NCBI GenBank assembly: GCA_002344135.1
Contig: DDTO01000008.1
Coordinates: 88,566-152,565 of the forward strand
Direction: 5' to 3'
DNA: 64,000 nt
Source: Chthonomonas sp. UBA2362
Lineage (GTDB): Bacteria; Armatimonadota; Fimbriimonadia; Fimbriimonadales; Fimbriimonadaceae
Positions 27,060 through 34,753 of this stretch are shown here, one piece after another (position 1 is the stretch's first letter; every line of letters starts with the position of its first letter). The translations under genes were made by a program, and so were the position numbers. Under the pieces are notes generated by a model. That model was given only the letters and a program-made list of their open reading frames with translations. It made no database searches and was not told the origin of the DNA.

Positions 27060-27926
27060 CTACCCGACGAGGCTCAAGCGACCCATCGGAGGGGCAGCCA
27101 TGTGGCCGGCGAGCTCGGCAGCCGAGGAAAGCGGCTCGGCGCCCAGGGCGAGCAGGGCCCTTGCGGCCGGGCAGCCGGAATCGGGCCGCACGAGGACGCG
27201 CGCCCGTCGGCGCAATGCTCCGACCGCGCCATGCCACGTCCCCCCCTCGCGGAAACGAGCGCGAACCACGACGGTAGCGTCGGCAAGCGAGTAGATGACG
27301 GCGTTGCGCTCCATCGCCCGCCGAGGCGAGAAAGGCTCATCCCAGGCACAAAGCGACAAGGCGCAAGCCCCACCGAGGCGCGTGGCAAAGCGCAGCCCCG
27401 ACGGGAAGATCTCCGCGATCCCCCCGCCGATCGCGGCGACCGAACGCGCCGCCGCACGGTCGGCCCCGATCGCACCGCCGCTCACGAGGGCGAAACCGGC
27501 AGCCGCCGCCGACTCCGCCACCGCCGCGGCAAAGCGACGATCCTCTGCGGAGAGCCGTCGCGAGCCGACCACCCCGACGAACGGCCCGCAAGGCATCTCT
27601 CCACGACAATTGAGCGCGGCCGGCCCCCCGGCCCCCATCGCCAGCCAGCGAGCGGGATAGGCGGGAGAGGCCGCCGTGAGGACCCGTCCGCGCGAGAACT
27701 CTGCCTCCGCCCAGGCCACCCGTCCCGGCGTCTCGAGGACCAGAGCCTCGGCCCAGAGACCTGCCTGCCGCAGAATCGACGCGGCCTCCCCGAGGCGGGC
27801 GTCGCGCAGACGCAGCAGCGAGAGCACCGCAGGCCACCGGCGCGGGAGCGAGCCGACCGGGGGACCGCCTGCCAGATAGAGCGCGGCCAGCGCGATCTCG
27901 CCGACCGGCCACTGAACACTTACCAT
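27060..27926 (-). CDS. dprA: DprA-like DNA-processing protein
   Basis: VGVVGSRRLSAEDRRFA...ALVSGGAIGADRAAARS...FSPRRAMERNAVIYSLADATVVVRA follows the DprA Rossmann-domain pattern (VGSR, SG.A.G.D, F..RNR.I..L). The start is either ATG 27926 or ATG 27947. Confidence 0.65.
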   Translation of the reverse strand: MVSVQWPVGEIALAALYLAGGPPVGSLPRRWPAVLSLLRLRDARLGEAASILRQAGLWAEALVLETPGRVAWAEAEFSRGRVLTAASPAYPARWLAMGAGGPAALNCRGEMPCGPFVGVVGSRRLSAEDRRFAAAVAESAAAAGFALVSGGAIGADRAAARSVAAIGGGIAEIFPSGLRFATRLGGACALSLCAWDEPFSPRRAMERNAVIYSLADATVVVRARFREGGTWHGAVGALRRRARVLVRPDSGCPAARALLALGAEPLSSAAELAGHMAAPPMGRLSLVG

Positions 27927-27933
27927 GCACTGT

Positions 27934-27939
27934 ATTATA
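27934..27939 (-). promoter_or_regulatory. perfect TATAAT box upstream of dprA-like gene
   Basis: The minus strand reads ...GACATGTATAATACAGTGC-ATG(27926), with the -10 hexamer only 7 nt from the ATG. If used, it would give a leaderless or near-leaderless mRNA. No convincing -35. Confidence 0.3.
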
Positions 27940-28014
27940 CATGTCATCTACTCGCCAGGGGCTCTGCAGAAGTGCGCCCGGACCATACACAATGGCGATC
28001 CCGGATCAAGGAAA

Positions 28015-31000
28015 ATGCTCAAACACCCCGCCCTGACCAAGGCCCGGATCAAGCAGTTCATCGATCACGAGCTGGCCGAACACATCATCGGCGAGCGTGT
28101 TCCCCTCGACATCGAGTTCTGCCCGAAGGCCCATCCCACCGAGCAAGAGGCTCGCCAGCAAGGTCCCTGGAAGCCTGCGAAGATCGGATTTCGCTACGGT
28201 CCGGCCTACCGGGAAGTCTGGTTTCGGCTGACCGGCCGCGTCCCCGCCCGCTGGAAAGGCCTCAAGGTCGGGATCGTCGCCGAACTTGGTGGCGAGCGAA
28301 CCGCCTGGATCAAGAACGTGCCCTTCCACGGGATCGACGAGCCGCATGCCGTGATGCCCTTCCTCAAGGAGGCCGGAGGCAACGAGAAGGTCGATCTGGC
28401 GATCCAAGCCTACACCCGCAATCCGCAGTGTCGCGTCCATCGACGCGAGCTTCCCCGTGAGGAACTCGTCGAGGAGGTCAAGGAAGCCAGCCTCGTCGTC
28501 GTCGACGGCGCCCTCAAGGCCCTCTACTACGACTGCGCGTTCGCCTACGATCTGATGGAAGCCACCGGCGAGGCCGACCCGGCGCACGCGACGATCCTCC
28601 GCGCGCTCAACGATTGCTGTAACCTCTTTGCCACCGGGCGGCCCGATGCCATCGAGCGCAGCCGCAAGGTTATTCGAGACGCCCTCGGCAGCCTCAACGG
28701 CGAGCTCAAGCACTCCTTGACCGCGGTCGGGCACGCTCACCTCGATACCGCCTGGCTGTGGCCGCTGCGGATCACGCGCCTCAAGATGGCGCACACCACG
28801 GCCACCCAGCTCCAGCTCATCGAGCGGTACCCGGAGTACGTCTTCGTCCACTCCCAGGCCAGCCAATACGAGTGGCTCGAAAAGCAGTACCCCACCCTCC
28901 TCCGTCGTGTGAAGCAAGCCATCGCCAAGGGACAGTGGGAAGTCGTCGGCTCGATGTGGGTCGAGGCGGACTGCAACCTCACCGGCGGCGAGTCCCTCGT
29001 GCGGCAATTCCTCTATGGAAGGCGCTACTTCCAAAAGCACCTCGGCGTCACGACCGAGGACATGTGGCTGCCCGACGTGTTCGGCTACTCCGCAGCGCTC
29101 CCCCAGATCCTCTACAAGTTCGGCATCCGGTACTTCCTCACCCAAAAGATCAGCTGGAACCAGTTCAACAAGTTCCCCCACCACACCTTCTGGTGGCAGG
29201 GCATCGACGGCACCAAAGTCTGGACCCACTTCCCGCCCGCGGACACGTACTGCGGCTCCTCCGAGCCCAAGGAGATTCTCCGCGCCGTCGAGAACTATCG
29301 CGACCACGCCCGGAGCGACGCCTCGCTCTACGTCTTCGGCTACGGGGACGGCGGAGGCGGCCCGACCGAGAAGCACATCGAGTTCCTCAAGCGGGCTCGG
29401 CTCGCGCCGAACCTCCCCGACGTCGTCCTCGGGCGCAAGGCCGTCGACTTCTTCCGCGAGGCCCGCGCCAAGAGCCGAGACCTCCTTACCTGGGTCGGCG
29501 AGCTGTACTTCGAGTTGCACCGGGGCACCTATACGAGCCAGGCCGCCAACAAGAAGGCCAATCGAGAGACCGAGTTCCTCATGCGCGATGCCGAATGGCT
29601 CTCCTGCTTCCGCGACGACTTCCCCGGCGCCTATCCCGCCGACTCGCTCGAGGAGGCATGGAAGCTGGTCCTCCTCAACCAGTTCCACGACATCATCCCC
29701 GGGTCGTCGGTGAACGAGGTTTATCGCGACAGCGACGCCGATTACGACCGCGTCCGCCAGATGGGGGGCGAGATCGTGCGCGAAGGCCTCCACCGCATCG
29801 CCCGCGTCCTCGACAGCGAGGGCATGAAGCGCCCGGTCGCCCTCTTCCAGAACGCCACGATCCCCGGACAAGGCGAGATCGCCTGGAACGAAGACGAGGC
29901 GCCCTCCTCACTCGTCTGCGGCGAGACCAACGTCGCCGTCCAGGTGGTCGAAGATGGCTTCGGAAGGCGCCTCGTCTTCGAGGTCCCCCAGGAAGCCCTC
30001 GGCGCGGTGGCCGTCGCAGACCTGAGCGACCAGCCGCCCTCGACCCGAAAGCGCCTCAAGGCCGGCAACCGCCGCATCGAGAACGGCGACTTCTCCGTCC
30101 GGTTCGACCCACACGGCAACATCTCGAGCATCACCAGCCTCGACGACCGGCCCGTGGAGTTCATCGAGCCCGGCAAGCTCGCCAACGTCTTCCAGATCTT
30201 CGACGACAAGCCGCTCTTCTGGAGCGCGTGGGACCTCGACGTCTTCGCATACGAGACCAAGAAGGATCTCGTCAAGTCCGAGTCCTTCGAGATCGTCGAG
30301 AGGGGCCCCGTCCGCGTCGCCGCCGAGATCGTGAAGACCTTCGGCGCCAGCACCATCCGCCAGCGCATCAGCCTCGGCCCGACACCCGGCATACGGTTCG
30401 ACACCGAGATCGACTGGCACGAGGAGGACAAGCTACTCAAGGTCGCCTTCCCCGTCAACGTCAACTCACCCAAGGCAACCTACGAGATCCAGTTCGGCAA
30501 CGTCGAGCGACCCACCCACATGAACACGTCCTGGGACATGGCACGCTTCGAGGTCTGCGCACAGAAGTGGGCCGACCTCAGCGAAGGCGGGCACGGCGTC
30601 GCACTCCTCAACGACGGCAAGTACGGACACGACATTCACGGCAACGTCATGCGCCTCTCCCTCCTCCGAGCCCCGAAAGCGCCCGATCCACACTGCGACA
30701 TGGGCATACACCGCTTCACCTACGTCCTCTTGCCCCACTTCGACCAGATACAGCACGCCGACGTCGTCGCCGCGGCCTACGCCGTTAACGCACCGCTCCG
30801 ATGGGCCTTCATCGAGCCCTCGCCCGGGCAGGAAGGAGAGTTGCCCCGCTTCGTCGGAGTCGAGAACAGGAACCTCGTCGTCGAGGCCGTTAAGAAAGCA
30901 GAGGACTCGAGCAACCTCGTCGTCCGGCTCTACGAGTGTCATAACACCCGCGGCACCGCCGAGCTGACTTGCGCCCGCCCCGTCCGCGCCGCCTGGCTCG

Positions 31001-31104
31001 CCGACCTCAACGAGCGCCCCATCAAAGACCTCGAGATCATCGACGGCCTCGTCGTCTTCGACTTCAAGCCCTTCGAGATCGTCACCATCCTCTTGCAGGT
31101 GTAG
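28015..31104 (+). CDS. glycoside hydrolase family 38 alpha-mannosidase
   Basis: ATG 28015 after AAGGAAA. VGHAHLDTAWLWP, WLPDVFGYS, YGDGGGGP, ELHRGTYTSQ, NQFHDIIPGSS. These are GH38 catalytic-domain signatures. 1029 aa. Confidence 0.9.
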   Translation: MLKHPALTKARIKQFIDHELAEHIIGERVPLDIEFCPKAHPTEQEARQQGPWKPAKIGFRYGPAYREVWFRLTGRVPARWKGLKVGIVAELGGERTAWIKNVPFHGIDEPHAVMPFLKEAGGNEKVDLAIQAYTRNPQCRVHRRELPREELVEEVKEASLVVVDGALKALYYDCAFAYDLMEATGEADPAHATILRALNDCCNLFATGRPDAIERSRKVIRDALGSLNGELKHSLTAVGHAHLDTAWLWPLRITRLKMAHTTATQLQLIERYPEYVFVHSQASQYEWLEKQYPTLLRRVKQAIAKGQWEVVGSMWVEADCNLTGGESLVRQFLYGRRYFQKHLGVTTEDMWLPDVFGYSAALPQILYKFGIRYFLTQKISWNQFNKFPHHTFWWQGIDGTKVWTHFPPADTYCGSSEPKEILRAVENYRDHARSDASLYVFGYGDGGGGPTEKHIEFLKRARLAPNLPDVVLGRKAVDFFREARAKSRDLLTWVGELYFELHRGTYTSQAANKKANRETEFLMRDAEWLSCFRDDFPGAYPADSLEEAWKLVLLNQFHDIIPGSSVNEVYRDSDADYDRVRQMGGEIVREGLHRIARVLDSEGMKRPVALFQNATIPGQGEIAWNEDEAPSSLVCGETNVAVQVVEDGFGRRLVFEVPQEALGAVAVADLSDQPPSTRKRLKAGNRRIENGDFSVRFDPHGNISSITSLDDRPVEFIEPGKLANVFQIFDDKPLFWSAWDLDVFAYETKKDLVKSESFEIVERGPVRVAAEIVKTFGASTIRQRISLGPTPGIRFDTEIDWHEEDKLLKVAFPVNVNSPKATYEIQFGNVERPTHMNTSWDMARFEVCAQKWADLSEGGHGVALLNDGKYGHDIHGNVMRLSLLRAPKAPDPHCDMGIHRFTYVLLPHFDQIQHADVVAAAYAVNAPLRWAFIEPSPGQEGELPRFVGVENRNLVVEAVKKAEDSSNLVVRLYECHNTRGTAELTCARPVRAAWLADLNERPIKDLEIIDGLVVFDFKPFEIVTILLQV

Positions 31105-31189
31105 CTCGAGCGCCGGCGACAGGCCACCGGGCGCCCTCCCCCCGGCAGCACGGTCTCTCCCTGCGGCCGCGGGATCTCTCCCTGCGGTC

Positions 31190-31399
31190 GAGATGACAGA
31201 GAGAAGCGGCGAGATGACAGAGAGAAGCGGCGAGATGACAGAGAGAAGCGGCGAGATGACAGGGAGGAAGGGCGAGAGGACAGTGAGGAGGGGAGAGGTG
31301 ACAGGGAGGACGGGCGAGGGAACAGGGAGGACGGGCGAGGGAACAGGGAGGTCTGGGGAGGAAACAGGGAGGAGGGGCGAGGAGGCAAAGAAGGAGGTC
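31190..31399. repeat. tandem array 1: 10 units of 21 bp (GAGATGACAGAGAGAAGCGGC, 3 perfect then degenerating)
   Basis: Units start at 31190, 31211, 31232 (identical), then 31253, 31274, 31295, 31316, 31337, 31358, 31379 with progressive divergence and no indels. Confidence 0.95.
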
Positions 31400-31480
31400 G
31401 TGAACGACACGACTCCTCCACCGGTCACTTGCAAACGGATAACGAACCCAACGACGCCTCTGCCGCTCACCTAGAAAGCA

Positions 31481-31963
31481 CCAACGCGCACAATGACTAC
31501 CCCAAAGGATACCGGGACTGCCCCATCGCACGCCCAGACGCCTCCATCGCACGCCAGGCCAGCTCCATCGCCCGCTAGGACTGCACCATCGCACGCTGGG
31601 AGTCCTACATAGCACGCCGGTCCTGCTCCATCGCACGCTGTGACTGCGCCTGCGGTCACTGGGAGTCCGGCATACAACGCCAGGACTGCTCCATCGAACG
31701 CTCAGAGTCCGACATAGAACGCCGGGACGGTTCCAGCATACGCTTGGAGTGCGCAATCGCACGCTGGTACTACGCCCGCGCACACCTCGACCGCGTCAAT
31801 GCACGCTGAGACTGCGTCATCGTACACTGTGCCTGCAGCATCGCTTGCTCCGTCTACTACCAAGCACGACTTTATCGCACCGAATCAGCAGGTATCCGCG
31901 TCATCGCCCGCATCAGCAACGACATTGGACACAAAATCGCCAACAATGCGCACCAAATCGGCT
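31481..31963. repeat. tandem array 2: about 23 units of 21 bp with core CCATCGCACGC
   Basis: Core recurs at 31523, 31544, 31565, 31586, 31607, 31628 ... 31943 with exact 21-bp spacing. The flanking units (31481, 31502 and those beyond 31860) are degenerate. No indels break the phase. Confidence 0.9.
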
Positions 31964-32368
31964 AGGTTGCGAAATGGCGTTAAGGCATCGCAGACCAGGT
32001 AAAGCAAAGAAGCATAGACTAGCTGTCTATTAGCGTGCGTTGGGAATGAGCTGGCGATCGTGGGGCCAGCTCTTGGACCCGATAGGGCAAGACCTTGGTT
32101 CGATGCGGCGGCATTGGTGCCGTTTGCGACGCCCAGAGCGTTCTTGGTCATGGCAGCTGCAAGCGACGTCTGTTAAGCGGCGATCGTCGTAGCAGGAGCG
32201 GTAGCTAGTGGAGCAGAAGGGGTGTGCCATGGGCTGCAGTGGGCGAGCGCGGAGGGACGAAATGGATGCGCTGAAACAAGAGCCGTAGTCGCCAAGCCTC
32301 TCGGAGCGAGCGGTGGGGCGGTCCAACGAGACGCTGACACTCCGCCTGGCAGAGGTGGCGCCTCGGGA

Positions 32369-33142
32369 TTAGGCGCGGCGCATGTCCACGGTCTCTTTGG
32401 AGAAGCCGAGGCGCTCGTAGAAGGCGTGCTGGTACGTGAAGAGGAAGACGTTGGCGCCTGGGGCCTCTTCCCGGATCATGTCGAGGCCTTCCTGCATCAT
32501 GGCGGACCCGATCCGGCGGGCTTGCCACTCGGGGACGACGGCGACGTCCCAGAAGCTGAACCATCCGGGTGCGTCGCGGACGATGCGGAGGATGCCGATG
32601 GTCTCGCCGTCCGGTGAGCAGGCAACGACGCCGCCCCACGTGGTCTCGAGGAGGCCTGGGGTGTCTTTTGTGTACCCGAAGGCGCGGCCGCCGACGTCGA
32701 CGTACTCTGCGGCGGAGGGGAGACGGCGCTCGATGACGACGCCCTCGGGAAATGGCTGGGACCGCGGGGGACTGCCGGAGGGTGGCCCGGCAAAGCGGAG
32801 GTGGTAGCCGTCGAGATCCTCCACGACGTACTCTCGCGCGCCCCAGGGCATGTCTGCGATGTCGGCGACGATGCGCGCGCCGCTGGCGCGGTGGCGGGCG
32901 TAGAGGGCGTCGGCGTCGTCGATCTTGATCCAATGCTGATGTCCGCGCACGGCCTTGGCCAGTTCGGGCTGGAGGTTGAACATGATGGTCACGCCGCCCA
33001 GCGCTACGGACCCGAAGGACGGCGGTTCGCCCCAGGTCCAGGACGATTCGAAGCCGAGAACGTCCTTGTAGTGGCCGATGGTGGCTTCGATGTCGGACGA
33101 AGCGAAGATGGCGGTGGAACTGATCACGCCGGGCGGCCTCAT
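32369..33142 (-). CDS. VOC (glyoxalase/bleomycin-resistance fold) - GNAT acetyltransferase fusion protein
   Basis: The N-terminal half (HYKDVLGFESSW...MPWGAREYVVEDLDGYHLRF) looks VOC-like. The C-terminal half (VAVVPEWQARRIGSAMMQEGL...AFYERLGF) has GNAT motif A. Confidence 0.75.
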   Translation of the reverse strand: MRPPGVISSTAIFASSDIEATIGHYKDVLGFESSWTWGEPPSFGSVALGGVTIMFNLQPELAKAVRGHQHWIKIDDADALYARHRASGARIVADIADMPWGAREYVVEDLDGYHLRFAGPPSGSPPRSQPFPEGVVIERRLPSAAEYVDVGGRAFGYTKDTPGLLETTWGGVVACSPDGETIGILRIVRDAPGWFSFWDVAVVPEWQARRIGSAMMQEGLDMIREEAPGANVFLFTYQHAFYERLGFSKETVDMRRA

Positions 33143-33311
33143 GAGGCCCTCAGGCTACCCGAGCGTGTGGAGTGCGCCGGCTCGATGGCGTCCTCCCCCT
33201 CCTTTCGCCTGCGAGAGGAGGGGGCCGGGGGGGGTGGAGAGTGACGGCCCCTCGCTGGGCCGGGGCGCGGGCCCTGGCCGCGGAAGGTACGATCTTGGCG
33301 CGAGGGGAGCC

Positions 33312-34142
33312 ATGCGTTGGAAAGGCAGACGAGGCAGCGATAACGTCGAGGATCGGCGCGGGATGGGCGGCGGCCTGCTTGTGGGAGGCGGTGGCCTGGG
33401 GCTGCTGATCGCGGTGGTGTATCTGCTGATGGGCGGGGACCCGGCGAGCCTCTCCGGCGGCACCTCGACGCCGGGCAAGCCGTACCAAGAAAGCGCGCAA
33501 GAGGCCGAACGGCGGGAGTTCGCGTCGGTTGTCCTGGCGGACACGGAGACGGTGTGGAAGGGACTGTTTCAGCGGATGGGCCGGACGTATCGGGAGCCGA
33601 AGCTGGTGCTGTTTACGGACTCGATCCAGGGCGCTTGCGGGTTCGCCAGCGCGGCTGTGGGCCCGTTCTACTGTCCGGAGGACTCGAAGCTTTACATCGA
33701 CCTGGGCTTCTTCGACGTTCTGGCCGACCGCCTGGGCGCGAAGGGCGACTTCGCCCGCGCCTACGTGGTCGCGCACGAGGTGGGGCACCACATCCAGAAC
33801 CTTCTGGGCACGATGGACAAGGTGCAGGGCGAGCGCCGGCGCCTGTCGGAGGCCGAGTACAACCGCCTGTCGGTGCGGCTCGAGCTTCAGGCCGACTTCT
33901 ATGCCGGTGTGTGGGCCCACCACGCCCGCTCGATGGCCTCCATCGACGAGGAGGACATCCGCGAGGCGATAGAAGCCGCCTCCGCCATCGGCGACGACAC
34001 GCTGCAGAGCCGTTCAGGCGGCAACGTCGTCCCGGACTCGTTTACCCACGGCACGAGCGAGCAGCGAGCGCGCTGGTTCCTCCGGGGCTGGGAGACCGGC
34101 GACCCCGCGCAGGGCGATACGTTCCGGGCGGGCCGGCTGTAG
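33312..34142 (+). CDS. ypfJ: YpfJ-family neutral zinc metallopeptidase
   Basis: ATG 33312: MRWKGRRGSDNVEDRRG (characteristic N-terminus), a TM segment, FYCPEDSKLYIDLGFF, and HEVGHHIQN (HExxH). Confidence 0.85.
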   Translation: MRWKGRRGSDNVEDRRGMGGGLLVGGGGLGLLIAVVYLLMGGDPASLSGGTSTPGKPYQESAQEAERREFASVVLADTETVWKGLFQRMGRTYREPKLVLFTDSIQGACGFASAAVGPFYCPEDSKLYIDLGFFDVLADRLGAKGDFARAYVVAHEVGHHIQNLLGTMDKVQGERRRLSEAEYNRLSVRLELQADFYAGVWAHHARSMASIDEEDIREAIEAASAIGDDTLQSRSGGNVVPDSFTHGTSEQRARWFLRGWETGDPAQGDTFRAGRL

Positions 34143-34156
34143 CGCCTGCCAACGCT

Positions 34157-34750
34157 CTATCGAGGGGCGCCGAGGCGCGCGACGACGTGGAAGACGTGCC
34201 AGTGCTTGTCCTCGCCGAGTGCGGTCTTGCCGGGACGGTTGGCTTCCTCCCAGTCCAGCATCGCGAAACCCTCGAACAGGTCCCGAATCTCGTCCTCGGT
34301 GTGGACCGTGTAGCCCCGCGTGCGCCAGTCGTCGTCGACGCCCAGCAATTGACCGGCAAAGAGGCCGCCGGGGGGAAGCGCCGTCCTGAGCCGAGACCAG
34401 AAGCCCTGGAACTCGGACCGGGGGAGGAAGAAGAGACTGAACCCCGCGACGACGACGTCGGCGGGAGGGGGCGAGTAGTCGGCGAGGTCGGCAAGCACGA
34501 GCCGGCAGCGCGCGCCTTGGGGCAGGCGCCCCTCGACGATCTCGAGCGCGCGTTCGTCGCGATCCACCGCGACGACTTCGAAACCCCGCTCGAGCAGCCA
34601 GAGAACGCCCGCGCCGACTCCGCAACCGAGTTCCAAGGCCACGCCGCCAGGCGGCAAGTGGGGTTCGAGCCGCTCGAAGATGGGGTGCAAGGGCTTTTCG
34701 AGCGTGGCCTCGTAGTAGGCCTCCCAGTCGACGATCTCAGGCTCCACCAT
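34157..34750 (-). CDS. class I SAM-dependent methyltransferase
   Basis: ALELGCGVGAGVLWLLERGFEVVAVD (motif I and the post-I acidic residue). 197 aa. Confidence 0.75.
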   Translation of the reverse strand: MVEPEIVDWEAYYEATLEKPLHPIFERLEPHLPPGGVALELGCGVGAGVLWLLERGFEVVAVDRDERALEIVEGRLPQGARCRLVLADLADYSPPPADVVVAGFSLFFLPRSEFQGFWSRLRTALPPGGLFAGQLLGVDDDWRTRGYTVHTEDEIRDLFEGFAMLDWEEANRPGKTALGEDKHWHVFHVVARLGAPR

Positions 34751-34753
34751 CGG

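Noticed and set aside
26721-28460. 579-aa + strand ORF spanning queD, dprA and the start of GH38
   Set aside because: It is Arg/Pro-rich, crosses three well-supported genes and an intergenic promoter region, and has no motifs.
28006-30788. 621-aa antisense ORF (28006..29871) and 676-aa alternative-frame ORF (28758..30788) within the GH38 gene
   Set aside because: Both overlap a gene with unambiguous GH38 motifs. The translations are Arg/Pro/Gly/Asp-rich with no motifs. They are shadow ORFs.
31193-31474. 93-aa ORF MTERSGEMTERSGE... as a real gene
   Set aside because: It starts exactly at the first repeat unit because every unit contains ATG. It has no SD and is composed almost entirely of the repeat. 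I cannot distinguish it from the equally open minus-strand frames, so I kept it as part of the repeat finding rather than calling a CDS.
31702-31887. In-frame TGA codons in the A-C-D-G heptad frame as selenocysteine codons (one aligns with the Cys position)
   Set aside because: The second TGA aligns with a non-Cys position and a TAG also interrupts the frame. I see no SECIS-like hairpin immediately downstream, and the putative gene lacks an RBS and a sensible 3' end. Nonsense decay is the simpler explanation.
31481-31963. CRISPR-like reading of array 2 (11-bp conserved core + 10-bp variable part)
   Set aside because: A 21-bp period is far below any known repeat-plus-spacer length. The variable halves are themselves related to each other, so this is a degenerate satellite or heptad-coding repeat.
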